Assembly (NCBI GenBank): GCA_046563655.1
Contig: CM102290.1
Coordinates: 8,742,001-8,806,000, forward strand
DNA: 64,000 nt
From: Yuukianura sp. NJ FZ-2021
Taxonomy: Eukaryota
Direction: 5' to 3'
Both the position numbers and the translations under genes were made by a program. The notes beneath the pieces were generated by a model. The model saw nothing but the letters and a program-made list of their open reading frames with translations. It searched no databases and had not been told where the DNA came from. This document shows positions 49,159-63,200 of the stretch, piece by piece; positions within the stretch are counted from its first letter, which is position 1, and every line of letters starts with the position of its first letter.

Positions 49159-52125
49159 TCTTCCCGCGTTTCTTCAAAATTTCGAAAAAGACGCATCAAT
49201 TCCCACTAAATAAAAATTGACACAGAGATTCCATTGTTAGTCTGAACCATTTGTTATTTTAAAAGCTCAAAGTCTTCCGAGGGAAACACCTTTCTCAGGG
49301 AAAAAAATCCTTTTAAAAGGTCAATCTTACTCCTTGAACTTTGAAAAAATCAAAAGTCGTTTCAAAAAATTCAAATCAAATCAATTGATTTGTACAGTTG
49401 AAAAAATAAGTAATTCTTATTCCAAACCTTTATCTTGTTATGCCTAGCGTAACACCATTTATGTTGATTTATAGTTCGTTAGACTGTCAAATAATGTCAA
49501 AGTACAAGTTAGTGAAGTTTCCTAATAAAAGAAAATCCGATAAAACCGAAGTTTTCAATTCGGCTTCTCCTTACCACGAAGTGTATCCAATTACTTTACA
49601 CTCAATCGACTGTTCACCTTTTTTTGAAAAAAAAAAGTGACAAGGCGGCAGTTTCTCAAAAACTCACAGAAATAATCGTTACACCTTTTGTAAAAATATT
49701 ATACCTTCAGATAGTCACTTTTTTGACAAAGGCGCAAAGTGATTTTGTAACAGATAAACTCCCTTGTAACAAAAAAAACTGTCACTTTTCACCGTTTTTT
49801 TATGAAAATGGTCGTTTTCTTTTTTCAAATTTTATTGACAATTGGACTCTTTTATTTTTTTGGTGGAATTGATCTGACTGCAGAAGTAACTGCTGCGTTT
49901 TGACTCAGCGAAAGACTATTTCATATTTCCTGGGCTTCATATTTTTCCATTCATTACGCAGAGGAAAGAGCGTCTTTTTGTTTATTTAAATTAAAAGTTT
50001 AAGGGAAAGATGCTCATTTTTCCATTTTCTGGTTCTTGTTGCCATTTGGAGTTTTTGGATAGCGAATGGACCATCCCTGTTACGTTAAATTAAGCATATT
50101 GCCTCTTTAATCTCCCAACTGACTTAATGGACTTTTATCCTCAGTCAAGCCTTCTTCCTCATTTCTGTGGATTTTTTAAAGAAAACAAAATAGGATCATT
50201 ACGTAAGGCATGCTTTTCCAATCTCCAGGCTAAGGAATTTTGGAGTAATTCATATTTACGCCTTAAAATTGCCATTTTTGAGTTGAGCTACACTGGTACG
50301 AAGAAAAAGCGACATGATGAGGGAAGGCATTTTTGATTTGGAAATTGACGTTAACACAAGTTTGTTTTAGAGGTCATTAGTTTTGAGAAAAAAATTTAAA
50401 GGAAGTGAAATTGGAACAGTTTACAAATGATAATTTGTTAGTTTTAGAAGAAGTGGTTAAAATGAGGGACTTCTTCACTTTGTCAAGCTCCATTGCCATC
50501 GTTTTAGCTGTTTCTTTTTCAAAACGTATTGAAGACATGAATAACAGACAAAAACATGGAACAAACCGCGGAAATTGTGACAGAAAATCACCGCTGTTTG
50601 CAGTTTTAACATATCCTTCTCTTAAAAACATTTACAATGGCTTGGTTTAAGCAAATTCTTTGATACCAAAAAATTTCAGGGCCTTGGTTTTGGAATTTTT
50701 AAAATCTAAAAAGTAAAATCTGGAAAAGTTTGCTTCCAGGATTGGATAACCGCCGAAGACGTAACACTCTCCAGGATTCTGTGTAAGGAAGTGTGGAGCG
50801 TCTGTGTGACAGATGTAATTCTGGGTGGACAATGTTAGTTTAACTTTGGGCATTGAGTCCTACCCTAGGTGTTACATTTTACATTATGCAGAAACACGAA
50901 CCAGTTGTTTCGGATCATTTTCCAAAGAAGACGCCAAAGCAGCACTACTATACTAATGAGGCAATCCCTCTCTCCTGCTCCTCCCGTCACTGGAATCTTC
51001 CAAAAGGGAAAGTCAGTTAAGTGGTAGTTAATGATCAGGAATCTCCTGACTAATGAACATCTCCACCCAACCAATGGACCAACCTCAGCAGAACAAAAAC
51101 ACTAAGGACATTCCGATCCGCTTGAACAAGTGCTACAAATACTTTGGAAATGCGCATTTTAATAATTCAAACGTAATTATTTTGGAAATACTCTCCTGGA
51201 ATTCGTTGCTGTGTGGAGAGAGATCAAAGGACTTCCCCTCACTGTTCTATAGAAGCTGCGTCTCCAGGGAAACGATGTTGAAGGAGGGAGAGAACCCCAA
51301 AGTTAATTGAGCGGAGAAAGCAGATTAGAGAATCAACGCTTCATTACTGCTGGGCTGATAAACAGACCCTATTTCTAAGTCCCCGTTCTTACACAACTCT
51401 AAGCTTATTAACTTTAGTCTACTTTAATTAGTCAACAATCATTACTTGAAATGTCATGTTCAGGTTAAGTTTTGTTACACAAACCAACTTAACCAAAATT
51501 ATATTAGATAATTTTTTATGCAATTTTACACCAATTCTTTGTTTCAGAAAGAGACAAAACTTTAAAAAAAATGGGGGAAAAATAATTATGTTTATGGACA
51601 CATTACTGAAAATAATTAATAGAAAGTATAAAAGAATCCATTTGGAAAGCGCGAGTTAATTGAGAGTCAAATACCCGGGACTTTTCCAGTTTTGTTTGAA
51701 AGTGAAAGTGAAAAAGTGGGAATAAAAAGGAAAGTTTCCCACTTCGCAACTACTTTTCCCGCCTTCAATCCTTCCAACTCTATCGACTCTTGAGATCTAC
51801 GAGCATTATGCAGAGCATCTGTGGACGCAAAGTTTTTCCTATTTTTCTATCTCAGCATTCCGTAGTTACAGTACAAGTCATAGTTTCGGGGCGCAATTTC
51901 ATTTTGCCATAGCCAAAAACAACCAAACTCCATGGCTAACTTCGGTGCACCGTTCAATGCATGTGACACTGTACAGAAATTTGGGTTCTACGAAACTGTC
52001 GCTTGAACGAGTCTAGTAAAATAGTTCTTAAAAGTAACAATGCGTGGATTGAAAGATAGACGACCAGCTTTTCCTTCCTCCGTTTTGCATCGGTAATGGC
52101 ACATTATTAAACTTTTTCTCCTGCT

Positions 52126-52152
52126 TGGTGGGTGTGGGATTCGAACCCACAC
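52126..52152 (-). other. Isolated tRNA T-arm/B-box-like fragment (possible SINE or tRNA remnant)
   Basis: The minus strand reads GTGTGGGTTCGAATCCCACACCCACCA: a 7-bp stem, a TTCGAAT loop (B-box GGTTCGAATCC) and a CCA end. No D-arm, anticodon arm or 5' acceptor strand is visible upstream. Confidence 0.45.
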
Positions 52153-55100
52153 TTCTGATTCGAAGAAAAAGTTTTCCATTATAGTGGGAATGGTGAAAAA
52201 AAAAAGGAAAGGCGTCCTATTCTGAATCTGTGGAAAAAAGAAAGTTGAAAACGAAATTGGAATCTCTACTAAATTTATGGGAGTCTCAAAGGTAAAAATG
52301 GTAATAAAAATGAAAATAAGGCTAAATCCATGGAAAGTTAAATTGAATTGGAGAGAAATGACTTCAATTTAAATGAGAGAAGGAAAAAATATAATAATAG
52401 TGAAATGACAATGGAGAATGGGAACATTATGTACGTTTCTTATGGGAAAACCCCTTTTCTATTAAACTTTTCACTGTTAACACTTCCAACTTTTTGATTT
52501 TTTTTTTGGCTCCCTTTTACGCATGGCCTCATTTGCCTTAAATTTTCATTTTTTTTAAAGAACCCACTTCCAACTTTATTAAAATTTTCTTTTCAACTTT
52601 TACTTCAACACGACTTAGATTATTATGAAAATTGAAAGTGAAAGTAGCAATTCTTATGTGAGTTTTTGCAGCTTGCCTGAAACCCATTCAATCCTAAATT
52701 ACCTCTTCTGTTTCCGTTTATGTACTTTCAATATTGGATTTTTGGCACTTTATTTGCACTTTTTGAAATGGAAGTTTTGAAGCTATCCTTTTTTAGAAGG
52801 TGATCATTGATTTGAATTGAGCGCCAGAAGGAGCATAATGGAGACGAGAGCTGTTGAAAAAGGCGTCTAAAAGTTAGGTTAAATTGAATTGAATTTATTC
52901 TAATGTCTTTTCCTTTGAAGAACAGTCTCTGCCTCTCCCCTGTGAATTTATGCTTCCCTTCCCAGCCTATTTTGACTTGTCTTTTTCGTCTTTGATTTCA
53001 CCATGATCCCACACCCACTTGGAACCTCCACTTTCTCCTCAACATAAAAATGTAAATAGGAGCCCAATCTACTTTGCATCTAAAATTCAAAAGTCCCTCG
53101 GAAGAATAAAAGAAGTCCCACGGAACAAACGGAAATTGTCCTTTGTCGACGCCTTGACAAAACTCTGCGCTTTCCCCTGCCAGGGCATTAGGAGGAAGGA
53201 GGGGAGAAAGTGAGCTCCTCCATCTTCGCTGGCGGGAATTACTCGGAGTTTTGAATCTGAATCCGCCTTGGCTCAACCATTAGGCGTCTATCGCCTCAAT
53301 ATCTCCATTATGCCTTCCCATTAGACACTTTTAGCACAGACACCTCCTACGACCTTCCTTCACTCTCGTTCAAATCAACACTTCCCGCTTCCCCCTCCAT
53401 CCGGGAGTCAAGAAGCAGAAACAAAAAAACACAACCCCTCTTAAAACTTAATCAATCTTAATCCGACCAGCTTCCTCCACAATGCCACTCATTTGAGGTG
53501 TCAAGTCTTTAACTAATAAAGCACAATGGACGTCTTCATCCTAGATTGTGATCATTCAGTATCATAAGAAATTCTGCAACCAATTTCAGTCATAACTATA
53601 AGTAATACTCAACGATGCTCAAATGCGCAATTAAAACTGACCTTCAATTGCTTTATTAATTTTACTTGATTAACGTAACTAATTTTAACCAACTTTTAAC
53701 TTATGACTCAAACTAGGCATTAAAAAGAAGTAAGCGAAACGGAAATAAAGTTTGACAAGAAAACAATTGAGACTTGAAGTGAAAGGAAAGTTTTATGTAG
53801 AAATTAATTGAAAATTAATTCTGCCGAGGCTTAATCCCGCCTCACTTTCTCTAGCCACTTTCCCTGTTGACTTTTACTTTTAGTGTATTTGTCTAATGGA
53901 GGAGGGTGAGACAAAGGTCTGTGTAGGTTCGTAGTGGAACTTAATTAGAGAAAGAAAGTCCTATCAAGATCTCGTTTCCCTTCATTAGTTCCTCCGTCCC
54001 AGAACCTCCTCTGCCTCTTCCGCCGCCTACACAATGGACACAAACGAACTGTCTTTATTAATTCACACCCAGCATGAAACTGGCCTTGTTTCCCTCGATA
54101 GCTCAAACTTAATTTCCGTATGAGCACAACAAAACCAAAAGTTGGAACAACAGTTCCTGAAAATGCGAGAGATACGTCTGCCTCGAATCAAAACTTAGTT
54201 TTATGGACCCTCTACCTCACATAAAGTGAGGAGAAAGTCCTCTTTGTTTAAATCCCACCGAATGATTCCATTTTAGGCCCAGAGAAGGATGAGGGATGAC
54301 GACGGTGCTTTGGAGTCTGAATTGCATTTATGAATTGTATTATTGGAGTCGTGGCGATAAACGGTGGTCGTTTGAGGATTAGGCGTGGTATTTACTCTAA
54401 TATATTATTATTTATTATTATTTATTATTTCCACTTGGAGGGAACGGCAGAAAGGCCTTCTCTCCTACTTATGCAGAATAAACGGAGTCTATCAATCATC
54501 TCCCTATGAATAAAACATATGCTACAAGGCTTTCTCCCTTCAGCCAGATTTACGCTTTCCCCTATTATTTCCGTCTCCATTTCACAACTTTCCAGCTCTC
54601 CCGCCTCCAAAATCCGCTTTCTCTCCGAGGCGGAACAGTGCTGCGTAAATTTGGGAAATAAAGGATAAGTAAATAAGGGCTGAAGCCAAGGGCCGCTCTA
54701 AGCTCCGCAATGACAAGGATGCGGGAATTAATTGGATTAGGAGATCAAATCATTTTCAAATGACGACATTTTGAAATCCATCCACACGGCTTAATTCCAT
54801 TTTCAAACATATTGTTTCCCGATGTCAAATATACTAAGCTGCTCCTGGTCTAATTGAAACAGAACGCTCAAAAACCAAAGTCACAATTGACGGGAAATTA
54901 AAAAAAAAAACTAAAAAAAAAAAAAAAAATTTATGAAAAATAAAACGAAAAAACGCTGCAAGAGTTAGAGAGGAGCCCATCAAACTTCAAAGGTTTTGGT
55001 GCCAAAACATAAAAACTCTTATTTTATTCATTTGTAAATGACGCTAACAATATGAAATTGATTTGAAAGCAGCGAAGGCGTTCTGTTTAAGTGTTAGATG

Positions 55101-57693
55101 AGCGGGAGGATGGAAGCCCAAGTGATTTTGATGATGAGGAACGATTACGTAAAGCTAAAGGGTCCCCCAACTATTTTGTAAGGGACATCCCGTTGTGAAC
55201 TGTTTAATTGTAAAAGTAAATGAATATTAGGAAGGGAGGGGGGACTTGACGTCTCAATGACTGTGCTGAATTGGTTTCCATTTCTTCCAAGTCCTGGTGT
55301 GTCCTTGTGAGGCGTAGCTAATGGCGACCATTGATTCTCAATTAGAACTTGGATTTCTTCTATTATTTCCTATCACTTCGGATCCTTCCAAGTGTCAGAG
55401 TGACCACAGAGTCATTAACGCCTCTATTCCATATCTCCCCAGCAACCTCTGCAGTGAATTGACTTATTACATAAGAGCAGCAGTAATTGAATCGTTCTCA
55501 GTCCCAGGGGACCTAGAACTTAAGTGGATCTTCTGCCAACACGCTCAGGCGCATCTTCTCTCCTGCCAATGTCAAGGAAATAACAAATCAATCAAGATCC
55601 AACTTCAGAAATCCAAGATATCACAGTCATTCTGCAATTAAAACCAATTCAACTAAGGTTTTGAAACAATTAATCCTGCACTACGTTTATCATATTCAAA
55701 AAATCAATTTATAATTTTTGATTAGTGATTCAGTTGCTTTAGTCAATCAAAATTGATGACAGAATTCAAAAAATTATTTGTTTTAGGGTAGTCAGGGCTT
55801 TTACGGTAAAAAAATATTACGGTAAAGGTTTTAGGAGTAATTGTAAGTTTTTGATCTACCAAAAAATGCATTAGGACTTCATTATGGGGTTAGTGTTATT
55901 TGGAAAAGTGAGAATCGTGTGAGCAATGGGCAAATGAGAATCCACCATAATTGGATTCGTTTCGGTTTTGGTGTTTACACCTTCATTTCCGCTCTATTCT
56001 ATAAGTAATTAACACTTTGCATGGAGTTGTCCACTTTTGAAAAATTTATATTTCAATTGTACACTCAATCAAAAGATAAATGAGGCAATTTTTCGAAAAA
56101 AAAATGTTCATATTGTGGTGGAATATTTCCACCAGAAAATGATCCAACTTCAACTTTGTACCAATACTTCAAATTAGACAAATTTTGAAATGAATTTCTC
56201 GGAATTTTCCAATTTCCCAAACGTAATTGAACAAAGTGGCTTTCTCTGGTGGTGAAAAGAATCGATTCTACAATTAAGTGCCCTATTGTGTACTTTCTAG
56301 AAAAGAGTTCTATAACTCAATATAGTTACAGAAACTTTTCGAAATTAATTAAAAGTCTAAATCAGAAGTGGCTTGGAAGGGGGTGCCTTGTTAGTCCATA
56401 ATTTAGTGACCGTTACCAAACAGTCCAATCGAAGTCAGGCAAGCAAACTAGTTCCCTCCCCTGCTTCCCCTTATTTAACTTTCATTTATAAAACAACAAT
56501 TAAGATTAAGTTGTTTCTCCTTAATTAAAAGAGACCAGCTTGCGTTACTTTTCAGTTTGTAACGTTTACGTTCGCGCTCGTTTTACTAAATTTCAAATCT
56601 TCATTTTCTGCACCATTTAAAACAAAAAATAACAAAAAGAAGGAAAATAATGTTTCTGCAATGATCATTTTTATGCTGCGTTGGTGAAAACCAACAAAGA
56701 AAAGTGAAAGTGGATCACTTTTGGTTAACCGAATCAATTTGGAATGAAACAAATGCCTTTGTTTTTGTGTTAAATTTCAATAGAGAAAGCAAACAAAGAT
56801 TCAATTGACGTCCAAAGTAAACAACCACAAAAATAATACGTTTCAACCAAGTTGCTCCAATTATTAAGCGGGTAATTTCACTATTTGTTAGCACACTGTG
56901 GACTTAGAGGGGTTGGATAGATGGACAAAATCAACATGGAAATATTTATTGACAAGTTCAAAAAATACTTCGAAAAAAAGAACTTCTTTTGAAATTGGTT
57001 TGCAGTTTAGCCCCTTAGTTAGTTATTGCTTTTTCTAATAGTTTGAAAGTGGATTAAAATAGACCATGATTAATTGCCGTTTTAATGACACTTTTGGCAC
57101 ACGACTTTTATTTCAACGTCACTTCTGCAGCATTGCATTTCTCATTAAACAGAGTGTGGAGGTTCTAAAAGCCTAGTTTATACAGAAATCAAATAGAAAA
57201 AAATACATGCATCACAAATTAAGTATCACAACATAAAAGAGGATTGTCATAGGGGAGAGAACACTGAGCCTGTGCAATCGTGAGCTGATGACAATCTTCA
57301 TTAGTTTGTTCCTAAATTGGTTTTTGTAGCTTCAGTAAATTGCGCTAGGCTTTTTTTTTTCAAGGTGGTAATTGGTAAACCATTAGATTTGTTCTAATTA
57401 CTCTTCTTAATAAATATGGAAGGAGAGGGAGAGACACTTGATTAACTTTTTTTGTTTTCAAATTGTTCTTTTGCCACTTTCTATTTACAGATTGTAAAAA
57501 GGAGTAGGTGGTTATAAGAAATTTTTAATTTTTGACATTGGAGATTGATATGTACTTTAGAACTTGTCCTCCTCTCTTTTCACAATTAACTATTTTCAAG
57601 TTATACAATAAATTAATTTTGTGACTTTGTCTACAAACTTTGAACAATGTTTTACTTCAAATCCGGTAACTTAATTTTTTTGACTTTCTTTTC

Positions 57694-60254
57694 TTAATGA
57701 GAAGCAAACAACTGGGCACTATTTTGCATCAGAGTATTGAAGTTGGCAGCAGCAGCCGCAGCAAAGGCAGCAGCTAGATGTGGACGTGTAGCCATTTTCA
57801 ACTTTTCCAATTCAGCTTCCTGAAGTCGTTTAGCTTTGGCTCTTCTGTTTTGAAACCAAATTTTCACCTGAAATTCAAACAAAAATCGAGTTAGTTACGG
57901 AAACCCTTCTGTATACAAAATATTTGAAGAAATAAACTTAGTTTTGTCAAAACAGTAATTAAAATTATTAGTGATACATAAAAAATTCCGTTCTAAAAAG
58001 CTTCTTTTAGAGGAGATTTCCACTTAATCACACTTTTCTCGTGACTTAAGTATACACTACTTTCCCTGAAATCAGGGATTCCGTAACAAGGATCCTTTGT
58101 TTTCATCCCTTAACCAAACCCTGTTATTTGTGGTTTGTGCTTGAAAATCAATTTCTTCAAAATTTTGAGTTGTGAATCCTTTTTGAGAAAAGATGAAGAA
58201 AATAACAGGGGAATTATGCTCATGTCGTTAGAACTCTACTACATTATATTCGAAAACTGTGTAAAATGTAATTACTACCTCAAAAGAGTTAATTATTTGG
58301 TAACTCCAATAATACATGAATAACTTTTAGAAAACGGGGCAATGTGCTACAGGAACTGTTTGTAAGGTTGAATGTCGCTGTAATGAGGGGAATTAAGCTC
58401 AATTCTGTGTTTTCTAAAAGCATAAGTGGATAAATCGGTTACTAACTTTCCAAATTTTGGAGAAGTTTGGAAAAGATGCCAATTTCCCTAATTCTTGCCA
58501 ACTGTCAAAATCCAATAACTTCACCTCTATATTTTCTACTTAAACTTTATTTAGCATTTAACTTAACATTAGTTAACATAACTTGATATAGTACCTGTGT
58601 TTCTGTCAAGTTTAACGATGATGAGAATTCAGCTCTTTCTGCAATCGACAAGTACTGTTTCTCACGAAACTTTTTTTCAAGAGCTACGAGTTGTTGCGTG
58701 GTAAATGGCGTACGAGGCTTCCGATTCGGCTTGTGTTTTCTCAACGTACATTTCATGGGTGTAGGTGACATCTTGGAGACATGACCAGATCCGTCGCCAG
58801 GGAGGCCTACAACGAAAAAAAAATCAAAATTTCAATTTCAAAAAGTTGAAAAGATAAACTTGTAGTTTTCATAAAAGAACTGAAAAGATGCTCCTGTTCA
58901 ACCAAATCAGGCAGTCCATTATTACGGTTTTTGTTTGAAGGAATGAGTACTAACCTCATTTTGTTAGAAACAAAGGAAAGGCTTTATTTTCAAATTAAGC
59001 AAAATCCTTTTCATTTCAAAAACTTCAAACAGAGTTCCAATTTTCTTGGATTTAGAAAAAAAGCTCAAGTTCTGGTTTTTGTCTAAGGTCATTTCTGAGA
59101 GTTTCAAAGAAAAAAAAGTGTCAGAAAAAAGCCTCAGAAGTGGATTTAGGATTTTAAGAGGAGTATAATTAACTCCTTAAGATTTCCAAAAACAAATGAA
59201 TGGAATTGCATTGTATTTTGAAAAGCCTTCAAATTTTGAAACCTCTATTCCATTTTTTCAAAGCGAATAGAACAAGGTCTTGTTTTGAAAATCTGTTTCA
59301 TTCAGGAACCAAATCTATTAATAATACTTGAGTCAAAACTGAGGTTTTATTTGTCACTTGGCGTTGGATTTCTTTTTGAACTTTGTGAATATAGGATATG
59401 ACAGACCTCGGATAAACGCAGTAATTGCTTTCTCGATTACTAATCGTCTGAGTATTTCATCGCTACACATGTTCTCAAAAAATACATGCATTTTTTTCGC
59501 TTTCATCTCTTATTCCCTTGTTGATTTCAAAGCTCAAGGAGCGGAAACATTTTAGCATAGCATGACATATTGCAGAAAATTTGTTATTTTGAAAAGATGA
59601 CGATGAGTTGACTTTTTTAGGTCAAATTTTTAAGTTTCTACTTAAAAAAATGAGTTTGTACTTACTATTGGGAAGATCCGGAAAATGTCCAGGAAACTTT
59701 ACTCCAGGCCATGCTGGATGGAACGGGTGATGATTTCCATTGGGATGATGCGGATGGAATGGCAAACCGGCTGACATGAGGAGGTTGACTGGATAGGGAA
59801 AGGTGTAAGGGCCATGGGCACCGCTGAAGAGCCCTGGAGGTGATGACCCTGGAGAATTGGCCAATGGCACAGGTTTCCTCAGAGAGGGCGAAGGGCATGA
59901 CCCACTGTGGATGTGATGATGATGGTGACAGGACGGGGAAGACGATGGACTCGGAGGCGTTGCCGGTGGCGACATGTCGTTGTAGTCATGGAGACGCGGC
60001 GTTTCGTCTCCACAGCCATCTTCATGACTCGAAGTACTCGTGGTACTTCTGGCAGTTGGGGATGAGGCGAGCAGTGAGTCAACTGTGAACAGAGATGACT
60101 TGGACTTGATGACTGTGGGTGGTGGAGACGTGCTATTTGCTGAAACGTCAATTAGCCGCGAATTCAGTTCCTTCGGTCGTTCATGCGATTGGATCATTTT
60201 GGTGATGAAGAGACGTCCAGCGTTTGGACTTGATGGTCTTGAGCGTCTTTCCAT
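57694..60254 (-). CDS. Msx: Msx/msh (Drop) homeobox transcription factor, 3 coding exons, ~324 aa: complement(join(57694..57867,58595..58806,59666..60254))
   Basis: [78 protein letters not shown] is diagnostic of Msx. eh1 motif FTVDSLL in exon 1. GT-AG introns with phases 1,0. Confidence 0.96.
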
Positions 60255-63200
60255 TTTCCAATCCACTTCACGGAGTAGCAATTTCACTGAGCACTGAATT
60301 CGGTTAAACTAACTTCGAAAAAGTTTTAGATTTTTTTTCGTTTTGTTTGTTAACTTTTTAGTTTGTCCCGAAATTTCCAAGAAAGTCAGCGTGACCTTGT
60401 GTGATGAGCCGATGCGATCGGACTTTCTGTGTCAGAGGATCTGAGTGGAGTGTTTGGAAGTGGTGTCCAGGCACTCCGTTTTAAGATGCCACTGGGGCCG
60501 AGTGCTTTGCCAAGGAAGAAGTGGAGGATGTTAGTGCTGAGGACCTTAGTAAGGACTCTGGAACGTAGGAACCTAAACTAACCAGGAAAGACTCCCTGCC
60601 TCCCTCCGACAACCGAAAATGAAGAGCCCCCTCCCCTTTTCTACCAAATCAAAGTCTCTCAACTGGGCAAATCCACGGTAAAGTCGAACAGCCCAGTAAC
60701 AAACCGGTAGTTCCCTCATCTTTCTTCGGACCCATCACTTTCTCAAGTCACCCGAAATCTACGGGGCCAAAAGACTCCTGTGATCCAAATCCAAACACGT
60801 AAGGGCCCACATTTGGCCAAAAAGGAATTTGAGGCCCCACCTTACCCCAAAATAAGCTAGGACTTAATAAGTACTCATCAAAATATGGGAGGATTTTGTT
60901 TCTTGTAATTGTTGGTGTAGAGAGATTTTTTTTTCAAAATTTTGAAAGAAAGTCTTTTTTTGGAGAGGTTCCCTTTAACTTATTTCTAAAGTCCACCCAC
61001 CTCTACCAAAGTAATTGGGAATTTGTAATTGCAGTACTAGGTTGCACCTTCTCATTTTATTTCGGTTTTTCTGAAATTTTTTGGTTTTCCTTCCAATCAA
61101 AATTTGGGATTTCAAAAATTTAAACCTACTCCAAATGGTTGCGTGTGGGAAAACAATTTTTGTGTCATTGCGCATGACCAGCCTCAGAATGCTGTCCATT
61201 TTGTCCATTCTCAAATTCCAATAGTACACTAGTCCAAAGTGTCCTCGAGTCCCCGTCCATAAACAGTGAATTTTATGATCTTAAGTAACAAAGGTGGAAG
61301 TGACTTAACAATTACCAAAGTGTACATTTTCTCAAAAATTTTATTTTTCTCAATGGACTTGACTCTGCGGAGAGTCAATTATTCTTTTACAAAAAAAAAA
61401 GTCAAAAAATTGTTCATTTTGTGAATGGAAACAGAGTGTATTCTTCTATCTCAGTTGCACTACTACCTTTTGTTAACGAAAAAATGTTTATGAACTTAAA
61501 GCTCAGCATGGAACAATTCCAGCGTCTATCATTGTTAAGCTCCTCCAAAAGAAAAATCCTGGAGCAAGTGAAGAAAATGAATTTTGAACCAATTTTCATT
61601 TAAAAAAAAATTTGGACACAACTTGTACACGTTTCGGAATCAAACACTATGATGCTTTCAAAATTAATTTGGTAAAACTAAAAAAAATGAAGGTTCGAAT
61701 TACTTAATTTTGACACAAATTATTTTTGGCAAATAAAGTTTTCTGTAAGTTACTAATACTTGGTTCGCTTGGTTGTACAGATCTGAAGATCTTGCATTGT
61801 TGTTCACTCTTTTAAAAAGAAATTTTGGAAAAAGGAGGAAAAAAGCTTTGACCTCCTCCTCCTCCTTCCAGCAGAAGGTTGCAAAGAACTATAAATCATC
61901 AGCGGAACCCCATTTTTTCACACACTGAGTCAAATAATTGTTTAGTTTGTCTCTGTAACGCTTAAACTTCCACTCCTTTTCAAAAACTTCTATTTTCAAA
62001 AGAAAGTTCACTTCTTCAAAAAACAGTTTCTTTTTTTCGAACCGGCGAAACTGTTCGGTCGAACAATCGTGAAACGCTTACAAGCAGAAAAAATACCAAA
62101 AAACAATTTTTAGCGTTTTTTTTATTGTCCCTACCTACTTGAGTTGCCATTTGACAAATTTGGAATTTTGATTTACTGTAAAAATTATGTTACCAAAAAA
62201 AAATTGATTAATGCAACCTACAAACATTTCTACAATTACGTCTTCCTATTTTCAAAAAATTTGACAAGGCCAAGACTCTCCAAAAATGATAATTTCTTCA
62301 ACAAATCGCAGTGTATATTTTTGGTTCCTGCATCGAGTGAGCAAATTCCAGATTTAATGTTTCACTTTACACTAAACTTAAATTCTTCAGCAGAAGATCA
62401 ATTACTGACGATTACTAAGTTGGCGTTTAATTAGGAACGAGACAGATTTATTTTTTCTTAGTGACCTCTGACCTCGCTCCCTCGTCTCCACCCACAAAGA
62501 AAGTTCTAAGAAAAGGCCGCCCGCCTCCGGATCATTTCTAGCGAGAAATTCTTAGAAAATTAACTTCTGTTGAACAGAGGGCCTTAAATGGTGCTAAGTT
62601 ATTCAATAGCACGTAGCAACACTTGCGACCTCCTCTTCACAAAATCCGCCTGGCCTTAAACCAAATCATTTTCAAATTACTTAACTGTCTTCCACTTCAG
62701 TTAATGTTTTCATCTTCTTCTGTTTGACATTGCTACTGAAACACCTTTGTCTTCCTTCACCTCCATTCATTTCTCCAACAACAGAACTTTTAAACATCTT
62801 TATGGTCCATCATAAACTTGTTTTTTCTCTTTAACATTAAATCTGATTGTTTTGATTTCTAATCAAAAACTGAAAAAAATACCCGTAAAACACGAACCGG
62901 TTCGAATGTGCTTTTAGTCAACTCTTGCTTCACATCAACCAGCGTTTACGTTTTTTTTTTGACGAGGTTACAACTCTTCTAATTTCGTCTAAATAATTTA
63001 GTCTTCAAAAATTTTAAGCGATTAAAGGTGTTTTAAATCACAACGCACATTTTATTAATTTGTGTTGTCTTTCGGCATAGTACGTTTGAATAATTATCAT
63101 TTATAATCACACAAGCAGCAGTGAAAACATTTCCAGTTTATTAAAGTTTACAAGCTGAGAAAATACGTGGCTGAAACGTTGTTTATTTGAAAAAATGAAC

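Noticed and set aside
52100..52210. Intact tRNA gene
   Set aside because: Only the T-arm and 3' end are present; there is no complementary 5' acceptor strand, D-arm or anticodon arm.
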